From Paramecium tetraurelia (taxonomy: Eukaryota), in the NCBI GenBank assembly GCA_000165425.1, contig CT868385.1, forward strand, positions 248,001 through 312,000: a stretch of 64,000 nt of DNA. The letters run 5' to 3'. The first letter of the stretch is position 1; each line of letters begins with the position of its first letter. Made by a program: the position numbers and the translations under genes. The notes under the pieces were generated by a model, which did no database searches, had not been told where the DNA came from, and saw only the letters and a program-made list of their open reading frames with translations. Shown piece after piece: positions 25,006 to 37,366 of the stretch.

Positions 25006-26193
25006 ATGCAAAAACTAGCCATCTTGACATTAGTTGTTGCCCTTGCAGCTTCAAAGTTTGTTGATACTCACGCATCCTTGGCTCAGATTGATTCTGATCC
25101 ATTTGGAAATGTTGTGTTGTCAGCAATTAAGGCTCACATTCAAGCCTAATCACCAGCCAACGAAGTTAATATGTTATTGAACGGTGTCGCTGCTGGATTG
25201 TAATAAGATCAAAATGACCACGACCACGCTTTCGAACTTGACACAACAACCAACAACAGAGTAAGAATATTTATTAAGAATATCTTAGATTGTCGAAGAT
25301 TTGGAAAAGGAAATCTTGTATCACTAAAATCAAGATCTCATCCAACACTTAATTGAGAGACGACACAATTGAAGCTTTGGCTGTTTCTGAAGAAGACATC
25401 AGAGTCACAATTCAAGACATCGCAACAAATGAATAAACATATGCCAGAGAAGAAGCCACAAGAAACTAATAACACGAAACTTTCGTTTCTAAGGTTGCTG
25501 CTATTGATGATGTTATTGATGCCATTGATGAAGCTGCCAAATTAATTCAACATTTGAGTTTAGGTGCCTCATTCGTCTAAGTCAAATCAAAATACGAAAC
25601 CATTCACAAGAGACTCACAGACAACACCTCCCATTCCCAACTCTTACAAGTATTTAGCATCTCATATATCTTTCCTCTAGCCAGTCGTTGCTGCTCTTAC
25701 AGAATTAGCCACTCACGGAGTCAACTAAAAGGCTTTAACCAAGATTGCTTAACTCTTGAGCGAAATCAGATAATAATTGGTCTCAGAAAAGGCTGCTAAA
25801 ACTGTAATCATTCAATCCAATAATTAAGGACGTCGAAGATAGATAAGCTGCTCACTGGGCTGAATTCAGCGTTCATTTGAGTAACGAACACACCAGATTA
25901 GTCGAAAGAAAGGCCTAATTGGAAGTCTAAATCTAAGAATAAAAGGACACCATTGAAGATGCTCAATCATGGATCGAATTCCACACCTTAGAATTAGAAA
26001 ACAGTGAAGAAAGACTTGCTGGATAATAAGCATGGTATGCAGTCTAATCAGAAATCTATGAAACTCAAACTGCTGAAAGGTATCTTAGACACTATAATCT
26101 AGAGCTGCATAAAACGAAATCGTTGACAGACTCCAAGAACACATTAGCGAGAAATTATCAACCACCGCTCAATTCATCAGCAAGAGAAATTGA
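25006..26193 (+). CDS. Trichocyst matrix protein precursor, T4-like, with an apparent 1-nt insertion
   Basis: LAQIDSDPFGNVVLSAI...DLEKEILYHQNQ/ISSNTQLRDDTIEAL...AIDEAAKLIQHL...EHTRLVERKAQLE aligns with the recalled T4. An extra base at about 25331-25334 gives TGA at 25370-25372 as written. Confidence 0.88.
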
Positions 26194-26419
26194 TTCATTA
26201 AACAATACAATTATGGACAATTGTTCTATTATACATGTTATTTATACTCTCCCTAACTCTCTCTTTTCTCTTTCCCAAAATCCCAATTATTTAATATTTC
26301 TATACATTAATATGCAAATTATATGATGCACTACTCATTTTTTACATAATAAACGTTGCATGAAAAGCTTCAAATTGCGCATAACGGTTCCAATATCAGT
26401 CTTAAAAATAGATTAATTC

Positions 26420-27280
26420 ATGAAATTCTTAGCCTTAGTATCTGGAGGAAAGGATTCCATTTTCAATGTCATTCGATGCATTCAGGAAGGCCATGAGTTA
26501 GTTTTATTAGTCAATCTTTACCCAAAAAGTAGGATCATTAATATATAATCTAGATATTGGCAAGGAGACTGATAGCTTCATGTATCAAAGTGTTGGAACC
26601 AACATAATAGATGCTATATCTTTAGCTATTGATAAGCCAATATTGAAGAGAGAGATTCTAGGGAAGCCAAAAGTCACAAACTTAGATTATTAAAGTAACT
26701 AAGAAGAAAGGGAGGGAGACGAAGTAGAAGACCTATTTGAGGTATTGAAGGAAGCATTGACCTTGTATCCAGATATTAAGGGTGTTAGTTCTGGAGCCAT
26801 AGCTTCAACTTATTAAAAGTTAAGAGTAGAAGATTGGTATCTTTTTTTATTCAAATCAAATAGTTGTTAAAGGTTGGGTTTAGTCTCTTTGGCTTATTTA
26901 TGGAATCAGGACCAGTTTAATTTATTAGGTTAGATGTTGTAGAACAATATGAACATAATATTGATAAAGGTAGCTGCCTTAGGTTTGTCAGAACAACATT
27001 TAGGAAAATCTATATAGGAGGTGTTTTAACATTTTAAAGAAATTGTATGTATTTATAAATAATCATAGCATGAGAAATTTGGATTCCATCCATGCGGAGA
27101 AGGAGGAGAATTTGAAAGTTTGGTTTTAGATTGTCCATTGTATAAAAAAAGAATATAGATGTAATTATGTTAATTTAAATATTTAGAAATGAAAGTGAGG
27201 TTGTTTGCCATGAAAATAATTCTGTTGCCCCTGTGTATTATTTATTAATAAAAAGTTATTCATTAATTGAAAAAGATTGA
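26420..27280 (+). CDS. DPH6: Diphthine--ammonia ligase
   Basis: MKFLALVSGGKDS, DSFMYQSVG, GDEVEDL, SSGAIASTYQKLRVE, HPCGEGGEFESLVLDCPLY. Confidence 0.95.
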
Positions 27281-27299
27281 GCAATTTAATATTTAATTT

Positions 27300-29071
27300 A
27301 TGAAAATTATTCGAACATTTTGCTAAGCCAAATAATTGTTGCTTAGTGATAAATTAAAACTCACAAAATACTTAAAGCTCGTTCATCAGACTCCTGTTTC
27401 TTATGAGGGTGTAAGAAAAGCACTTGGATATGATGTTATTCTAAATAATATTAAATTTGAAGAGAATCAATCAGACATTTTTCCATTGACATTAAAATTG
27501 ATTAAACGAGATATATCTTTGTTTGACTTCAAAGAATTCACAACTTATTTGTCAGCCATAAATAATTATATTTGCTTTTCAAAATCTCCGTACCCTTAAA
27601 ATGAACAGGAATTTTAAGATGCTCTGAGAATTATACTTGATTATGGGACCTTTATTCAAAAGTTTTTGACTCTGCAACATATAGTAATATATTTTGATTC
27701 AAGAATTACTCTTTATTGTTAATTAGCCACTTAGTTAAAGGATGCGGTGAGAGATCATCAACCAAAAAACACAGAAGAATAAATATTAAAATTATTTTGG
27801 GAATAAATAGATATTTATGATCAAGAGAAGATAGAATCACTGATAGAAAAATAAATAGAACCACAAAACCCAACAATGAAAATTGATGAAAGAATAAAAA
27901 AAGAATTTATAGATCTTATAGATGTCTTGTAAGTAGAATGTGAGCAATATCATTTAACAACATAATTAGTGATTTTCGAAATAATATCGAGACTATATTT
28001 TGATTAGGTAAAATCATATTGAATCATAGGATGTTGAAATTAGTGAAAAGAAGCAATAATAAATCTATTATGTTGAGAAGTAATGTTAATACTAAATAGA
28101 GCAGAATCTATCTTCTCTAAATAACTTCCATCTTGTACTTTATACTCATATGTTAAATTTAAATTAACATGAAGTCAATATTCTGAGTTGGGATAAAATT
28201 ATAGTATAAATATTTACATTTATCCTAGAATGAATTGACCATAAGAGACTTTGCTACGATGACAATAGATGATGCATTCAAATTATGGTTATTACTTTAT
28301 GAAATCGGAAGATAAAATTCGACTGTTAATGATAAAATTATAGAGTAAAATTATTTATAATTTAGAAAATTAATGAATTAGATTGAATTGATTTCAAATA
28401 AATACTACGTATTATTATGCGAATTATTAATTGAAACAAAAAATAGCAAAACTGTGGAGTTTTTAAAAAAATGGTAAATTTCTCTTATAACTTATTAGGT
28501 ATCCAAAAATTGATCTAGAAAAAGAGACACCTTAGAATTTGTGTGTAATTTTAGATGCATTTAATTCTGCTAAATTATTAAATAAGTTGGTTTTAGGGAA
28601 ATTTCTGAATGCTTTGGAAGACAAAATAGATCAGTTGGATGAGATATATATTGAAAACATCCTAATTAGTTTAGTTGATCACCAATATCAACATGAAAAA
28701 ACGTTGTAAAGAGCAGTCCAATTTGAATTATTTGAGGTATTTGATATAAAATTAATAATTAGAATACTTCAAAGCATTTTCTTTTGGGATTATTACATTA
28801 TTGCTAGATGTATAATTAGAGCCATCCAAGAGTAAAAGAAATCCAGGAAGTTCTTGTGTAAGTCTTAACGAAAGAATATGATGAATCGATTTTAATTGAG
28901 TTGTTGAGAATTTTGATTACTGCAATCAGAAAAAAGAATTCATAACATATTGAAATAATACCAGAATTAAAGCCATTTATTAAAAAGTTTCTAGAATCAA
29001 AAGAAGGAAAATTAATGGGTTAGGAATCTTAATTCAGAAGTGTATTATAAAGGTTGTATAATATTAAGTGA
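27300..29071 (+). CDS. Hypothetical alpha-helical protein with possible mitochondrial presequence
   Basis: Code-6 frame with about 6 short introns; basic N-terminus MKIIRTFCQAK. Confidence 0.65.
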
Positions 29072-29110
29072 ATATATCTAATATTAATAATATCTTTTTG
29101 ATCAAAAGTA

Positions 29111-30897
29111 ATGTTGCATCACTTGTGGAGATACACATATAATACTAGCAAAGCCCTTTCTTTGGAATAGTTGACAAGATGGGGATTACATAATACCTCA
29201 GTTGTTAGAAATGCCAGTACTCCAGAATTGTACGAAATTGCAGCTATGGATCCATTGTCACCAGATCCAGAGACACGACCAGGCTCTATTTCAAGTACAG
29301 GAGCAATGGTAGCCTATTCAGGAAGAAGAACAGGGTAAGGAAACAAAAAATAATAATTATAGTCGATCTCCCAAAGACAAGAGAATTGTGTTTGATGAAT
29401 AAACTGAGCATGAAATATGGTGGGGAAGTGTCAATATTCCAATTCCCAAGAAATCACACAATCTTTTGGAACAAGTTGCCCTTTAATTTTTGAATACAAG
29501 ACCAAGAGTACAAATATAATCATGAATTTTAGTTATTTGTTGTTGATGGATATGCAGGATGGGATCCTCATAGTAGACTTAGAATTAGAGTGTTTTGCAC
29601 AAGAGCATATCATGCTTTATTTATGTAAAACATGCTTATCAGACCAACAAACGAGGAATTAAAGAAAGATTTCAGTGATGATGTTGATTTTCATATTTTC
29701 AATGCAGGACCAATGTGTGCACCAAAATTGGTGGAAGGAGTTGGCTCAGAAACATGTGTTTCTGTCAATCTCACCGATAAAAAGATGGTCATCTTAGGAA
29801 CTCAATATGCAGGTGAAATGAAAAAGGGAGTTTTCGGAGTTACACACTATATGTTCCCTAAACAAGGAATCCTTACACTCCATAGTTCAGCAAATGAGGG
29901 AGTCAATGGAGATGTTACCTTACTCTTTGGTTTGAGTGGAACTGGTAAAACCACTTTGAGTGCAGATCCCAAGAGAAAATTAATAGGAGATGATGAACAT
30001 GCATGGTCTGAAAATGGTATCTTTAACATTGAAGGTGGTTGCTATGCTAAATGTGTAGATCTAAGCAAAGAAAAGGAGCCAGAAATTTTTAATGCTATCA
30101 AGTATTTATTATATTTATTCAAGATTTGGATCCGTCTTGGAAAATATTGAATTCATGTCTAAAGATTCCAGAGAAGTAGACTATCATAACATATCCATTA
30201 CAGAAAATACAAGAGTCAGTTATCCTTTGGATTTCATTCCAGGAGCAAAGAATCCAGCTGTTGGAGGACATCCTAAAAACATCTTATTCCTCACATGTGA
30301 TGCTTATGGTGTATTACCCCCTGTTTCCTTATTATCACCAGAATAAGCTATGTATCATTTCATTTCAGGATACACAGCCAAAGTAATTTGTTAATATTAA
30401 CACATTTTAGGTTGCTGGTACAGAAATGGGAGTCAAAGAACCAGTTGCTACTTTTTCAGCCTGCTTTGGAGAAGCATTCTTACCATTACATCCAACTCTC
30501 TATGCTACTATGTTAGCTGAAAAAATGAAATAACATGGTACCAAGTGCTGGTTAGTTAACACTGGTTGGTCTGGTGGCAAATATGGTATTGGAAAAAGAA
30601 TGTCTCTCAAATACACAAGATCCATTATCGATGCTATTCATACTGGCGAATTGGTTAATGGAGAATTTGAAAAATTTGACATCTTCAACTTATAAATCCC
30701 AAAGAGAGCCACAGGTGTTCCTGATAGCATCCTCCATCCTAAAAATACTTGGATGTAAATTCTCTCATCTATTTAATAGCAACAAGAGTGAATTTGAAAG
30801 AACTTTAAGAAATTTAGCTGATAAATTCTAAAAGAACTTCTAAAAATATGCTGATAAAGCTACCTCAGAAGTCATTAATGCAGGACCATAAATCTGA
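29111..30897 (+). CDS. pckA: Phosphoenolpyruvate carboxykinase (ATP)
   Basis: [80 protein letters not shown]. Confidence 0.97.
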
Positions 30898-30951
30898 GCC
30901 ATATATAAATATAAATCGAATATATAATAATAATCAAAATCAAAGTTTGCA

Positions 30952-33900
30952 TCATTTTGTTAATAATAATAGCAAACGAAAGTTTGTTTCAAATTTCTAA
31001 TCCAAATAAAATTAATATTATGGAATTAAAAATATCATTGATTTTACAGTATTTTGTTGTTTCACCAAAAAAGGAAAGTATTAAGCAAACAACACTAAAA
31101 TTAACAACAAATCTAAAAGAATATACATAATACTAATGATCTAATTTATTACACAATTACATACTTAATGAGTTAGTCTTAATTTAATTATCGCTTCAGT
31201 CACACCTTCGAGAATGGAATCAAGAATAGCAAGAATGGCATCTGATGTTATCATTCCTAATTCTATATCTTCGAAAGGTGCTATAACTGGACGTAATTTA
31301 GCTTGGAATCCATTAGTATTCTCATATTCTTGCGAAATTAATTCATATAATGTCGATATAGAATTATAGAGTCCTAATTTCATAACTCCATTATAAACTG
31401 AATCGCAATGTTCTTAAGCCAAAGAAGAATTAAACTAATCTTATTAAATTTTCAATTACATGACTCATAAAGTTGCATATGTTACTTGATTAAATGGATT
31501 CTAACACTTCCATAGTTTAGTCATCTATAATCATTGTGTCACTAAATTAAAATAGTATAAAATTTACTAATCAAGATATGGGAAATATGTAATAAACATA
31601 TTGATTTTTTTTAATTCCTCCTCTACTTTTTCATTTTATAATATTCGTTACTCATCTGTGTAAAAAAAGTAATATGGAGTTCCACTACCTATTTGATAGT
31701 TTATATCTCTATAAGAATAAACGGCAATCAAAGCTGAACTTGTTTAGGAAATCTTTTCAACCCAATAACTACTCACCTGATATTTTTCATAGAAATCGCT
31801 ATCCATTTATTATAATACGACTTAAGGGCATAAGATAAAAGTTGTCATTATCAAAAATATGATCAAAATCTTTAGTCGTGGAGCTTTATATTATTAACAC
31901 TGTAATCTCACTTGATTAATTTTTTAATTATAATATGACAAATTTGATTGAATTTTTTTTTCATAAATTGCTATCTCAAAATTATAATATTATGATGCGT
32001 TTTCCTAATTTAAAATCTAATCTATCTAATTTAATCTTTGCAATTCTAATTATAAAGCATATTAATTAATGTCGGTGTATAAGTGAAAATGTTTGGTATG
32101 AGTTTGATAATTCTTTAAAACATAGGAAAATCCTAATAAAATAAATAGTATCTAAAGGAATGTCATTTTTAAAAATATTTTAGTTCCTTCACTTTCTTTG
32201 TTTAAACTTCTATCTATAATAAACACTGAAACTTCATCACTTAAAGAGTCAAAATAGTTATCTATAGTCAGTAAATTTGCCATAAAATATACAAATTCAT
32301 TTGAAACTACTAAATTTAGAGCACTTAAATCTACATTCGTATTATCTGATATCACGAAGAACTAAGATTCTAAATAATTAAATAACGATGTTTTTAAAGG
32401 GATTGTTTTTGCTTCTAAGGTATTATTATTCAGAAATTTCATCTCGATATATTTATCATAGAAAAATTCTTATAGATTTCTGTTATTGAGTTATTCAATA
32501 TAAGAAGCTTTAAGTAGTAAATAGGATTTTGTGATAGCATCTCGAGAAAATGGCATTTTTCTAAGTGCTGTTTCGAGTGTAATTACTTAATACATGTTGA
32601 GTATATAATAATTAACAAAGGCTGATTAAGATGTTATACAATCATGAACAGGTGATAAAAAGTTTGATTTAATTGAGAGTAAATCAGCATCCTTATCCAC
32701 TTCATCAAAATTAGGTACAATGTAACATAGTTAAATAATGAAATAGGTAATGTTGATTAATAATACAAATAACAATAAAGAGATAGTAACATAGATGAAT
32801 AATAGTTTTTTGTTTTCCAAAAATTTATTCAACTGATTATATTTACTATAAAATATTGCAGTGTCAAGAAATCCCTTAGAAAATTTTGAAGAGGCCTGAT
32901 CATCATTATTATATTCATCTTATTTTAAATTAAGACTATTTTTTGAGTTTTTTTAATCTTTATTTTTGAGAGAGTCGCTATTTTTATCACTTTCAAACTT
33001 GCTTTTAATTGTTACAATACATTATTTCTTTTAATCCTCTTTTAATAGTTCTTAATCAGTTTTATCTCTCCTTTCTTCTGAGAGTGGAAGATTTATATCT
33101 TCAAAGAATTAATGATTAGGGATTATAACGAAAGATTCTTGATTAGGTAAAAGCTTATCAGAAAAACTCTTAACGACAGTTTTCTCACCATCTTACTCTT
33201 GATCAGAATCTATTATAAAATCAGAATTATCTAATATTTACAATTCAAATAGATTGTCTTTCTCAATTATTATTGCACTAATATCTTACTAAGTTTACAT
33301 GAATCTAAATTTTGTGTGTTTTTATAAAGGTAATTTTTTGAAGTTAGATATAATTTTGTTGATATCGCTTTAAAATAGGGATTTCTTGTCAAATCCAAGT
33401 TCTTTAAATTAATTGATAAAACTGTTAGTAAATCCTATAATTTTATTATCCCTATTGATAAACAACGAAATGGGTTGACTCTCTAAAAATTTAATAAATG
33501 CAAAGATTTAAATATGATTATTAGTTTAGGGCTAAACACTTAATTGCAGTTAAATGTAGAAGAAAGTCTCCTAATTTCCTTTGATAAGTAATTCATACGG
33601 TTTTGTTGATTTCTTACATAAACCAGTTTGTAGAAATCTTTTTATCAAAAATTAATGAATTTCATAAAATTCAGTAGGAATTAAATTCTTAAAATTAAAA
33701 TTTTCATGTTAAATATTGCTTTTTGAATATCCTAAATTTGAGATTATGTCTTAGCTGTATTAAATAATTTCAAGATTCTCCATATCATCCAATATTTACA
33801 ATCCAATATAAGAAAATTACTCATATATATTTTACTTGTTATCTTCATTAACTATTTGACTAAACCTCAGTATTTCAGCTTAAAAGACATTATTAAAAAA

Positions 33901-35563
33901 ATCGACGTATAGCATAATGAGTAATTGCTGAATTCGATAACTTTTATGAACGTATAAGTCAAGCTTTATTTTTTTGAGAAACTTTATGCCTCTTTCAGTC
34001 AAAGAATAAGCCATATTAAATAATTGATTTTAGCTTTCATGTTTTCCTTAAAGCATCTACTAATATATCTTTTCCTTGATCTGAAATAAATTCTTTACTT
34101 CTTATTAGTCTTCTTGAACAATTTATGAATAGATTATGTACTACCTTGCTAATTCATTTTCTTATGAATCATTTCCTTTTGTTATATTATAATATAAAAG
34201 CTAATAAACTTCTTTTTAAATCAATTCTAATTAGAATCTTTGTAAAAATGATAATGATAGAGATACTTTAAAATATGACTTTTTTGATTCAGAATAAAGT
34301 TGATTTTAAGTGAAATTGTATATTAAAGATATTGTATCAGTAAAGTTTTATTAGTGATATTTTATTTATATATATTTTTAATACCAAAAAGTTTTTAATG
34401 ATTTACTTGCCTTGACAATCCGATCATTGAAAAGGGATAATTCTTATTAAAAGAGATCTTAATCATTCAATATTTCATTCTTTTAATTTAAAATAACGAA
34501 ATCAAATTAATGTTTTAGTGAATATTTTGATTTTTGATCTGATAATATTATCAGATTTTAATATATTTCTGGAATATTTCTTGACTTTTTGATGTTTAAT
34601 TAATTTCTGGTTTTTTAGTAGTAATTAAGAATGTTTATAAAAAAGGGGCATAATATAAATACCAGTCCAATTCTATATTCAAATGAAACATCAATTAGGA
34701 TTAATGAAAATATATTTTAAAACAAACCAAAAGATAATATAATTAAAGAGAGCTTATTATAAATATTGGCCTATTTTTCACTTTCTGAATATATATAGGA
34801 TGGTAAAATAAGGATATTTAAAATGTAAACAGGGAATACGCTCCCTTCTTCACTTTTAGATTTGAAATACATTGATAAAATGATCAATATAACATTCAAA
34901 AACTAGTATTTTTGTAATTATTAAACATGCAAAGGTGAACTTTTAAAATGAATAGATTCTGAACACAATATATTCATGAATACAAATACAACTGAATTGA
35001 AGAGTAGGATAACGCTGATTACAAACACATAAATGTTTGTTATCAATGCATTTGATATTGATTCAGCAATTGAAATGATATAAAAGTCAAATGTGTATAA
35101 GGCTAGTAAATAAAAATACAACTAATATATTATTGACAATTATGAGTTGAAATCAGGATTCTAGGCTGCCGTCTTCTAGACCTATCTTTTTGAAAATAAA
35201 TAATGAACAATAAAGCTCTTTATAAATCCGATTGATATCAAAAATAGAAAAGTAGTGGGAAGCAAAAATGCAAAAGGCTTAAAACTTTAATAGCTTAATA
35301 AAATTTAGTAAGGCCTTCCGATCTAATTCAAATAGGTGAACGTTTGCAATAAATTAAAGGAATAATTTTAATTCTTAACATTAATTGCCTCTTCCTCATT
35401 AATTAAGAGCAAACTAATTAACTACACATAAAATATCAAATTCAATAATGAAGCTGTTTCTCTAGATTTAACCAAGACCTTTTGATGTTATTTCATATAA
35501 TAGGTAATAGCAAACTTATAAAATTGCATTTTATGCTGGTATTATTTATTAATTTAATTGCAT
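30952..35563 (-). CDS. Second large multipass PAS-type membrane protein (same architecture as 6295-10983)
   Basis: N-terminal FYVQLISLL...GRPYQI TM block, PAS-like NLIPTEFYEIHQFLIKRFLQTG, and C-terminal TMs ending MIFLIPQYQFYLDQKFE. Confidence 0.75.
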
Positions 35564-35971
35564 GTTGTTTAAAATGAATATTGTTTATATAGCCAAAAAA
35601 AATAAAATCTTATATGACATTTAAAACTAATCCCTTGTCCACCCTGACATAAATAAATTTAATTATATTCCGTTTCTATATTTATTATTATTTGCTATTT
35701 AGTAAGACAATTTAATTTAATTAAGGCATACGTTAACAGATAAGGGAAGTACGAATAAAGTCTGTATAAAATGTATAAATCAATCAAATAGATTAATATA
35801 ATATTTCTTATTAAAAAGCAGAAGAATGAAATAAAAGGATCAATTGGATGTATGATAATTATTAGTTATTAAAATTAAATTGATTTGAATTAGGAAGATT
35901 TTTCTATCAGTGTTAGAAAATTAAATAAATAAATCTCAATAATATTTATGTTATTGTATGATTATATTACA

Positions 35972-37109
35972 TCATTATGATTATTCATATTTGATGTAAG
36001 TATAAGTTTAAGGGATTTGAAGGCATTGAGGTGGGCTGTATAGTTAGGCAGGTTAGATTGGCCAGATATTGAAGTTTGGTTAGATATAGAATGTTATAAC
36101 AGGAGTGGGAGTATACATAGATATCTAATAAGGATAATTGAATTACTAGGGGTTGGGGATATGAATAGTGATTGGAATAAGGTTACTTGTCTAAGTTTTG
36201 AATTGGTTATTACTCTTAGAAGATTTGAGTTTAGTAGTTTAATTGTTAATCGTATTCTTCCTAATAATCATGTTTCAGGGTAGAGGTTTAGATTTTTGAT
36301 AACATTTTTGAATCAGATTAACAATTTTGATTAAGGTTAATTTTGCTAGTCTCCAAAGAGATTAAATCTTGTTTGTTATTTTTATTAAACGTGATTGCAC
36401 CTTTTTAAGTAATGTAATTGTTGCTAAGAATGTGAATATGCTCAAAATATTACTTGATGGCAAATAGTTTATTTAACATCGTTTTGATATGGTTGATTTC
36501 TTCCTCTGGTAACATTCTTAATTCCGATTTCTCTGTGTGTCTGTATTATTTAATCATCTTTTTAAAATCATTCTTCATTTCTTCATCAATATTAAAGCTT
36601 TTTAGGGAATCCTCATTACAATAGATCACACCTAACACACTAGGTTTAATTTATTTTAGTAAGTCTGAAGCTAAAAGAGTAACATGAGCAATTACATTAA
36701 TCCAGCCCCACTGCTTTACTGAGACGACGTAAAACTTTTCTCAAAGTTGCATAAAAGTAATTTTTACAAAGTAAATCGGAGCGACCTGTCATTTAGGAAG
36801 CTATCCTGGCCCAACTGTTACCAAATTATTGTTAAAGATTGAATAATTTTTGTTCTTCTTCCTCTGTCCAAATACTTTTATTCAAATTAGGGTTAAGTAT
36901 GTTTTAGTATCGTTCTCTACAAGCAGCTGGTGAACGTATTTTTGTGGGATTCTTCATTTTAGATTGAAGTTCAATTGCTATACGATTCCAAGATGCACAC
37001 CCATTGAGTTTGATAAGTTCTAATAAGAGTTTGTCTTCCTATTAAAAATGATTCTCAGAATTACTTGATAGGTCCAACTCTATCTAGTTTCTGATTGTTT
37101 AGATTACAT
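35972..37109 (-). CDS. R2R3-Myb transcription factor
   Basis: WTYQEDKLL...WNRIA...CRERYQNILNP...WTEEEEQKLF...FGNSWARIASQMTGRSDLLCKNYFY, with a Pro/Gln-rich C-terminus. Confidence 0.92.
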
Positions 37110-37366
37110 GTTACTAAGTAACTAGACTAGTTTGATTTAAAATAGAAGATATAATTTATATAAAAACTTTAGTAATCCAAAAATGTATTCAAAATGTCAT
37201 TAATTATCAATTATTAAAAAAGTAATCATTGACCAAATTGCTTCGGACCATTTTTAGAGTTCTTAAATGGCAGAAGAATAAAATCATTTATTTTCCATTT
37301 ATTAATAACTATAATCCTTTATTATACTAAATATCATTTATATAATTTAATTTCATTATAAGAATT

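Noticed and set aside
36000..36300. G-rich plus-strand tract resembling telomeric or G-quadruplex sequence
   Set aside because: It is the antisense of the Pro/Gln-rich Myb C-terminus, with no tandem G3T3/G4T2 repeats.
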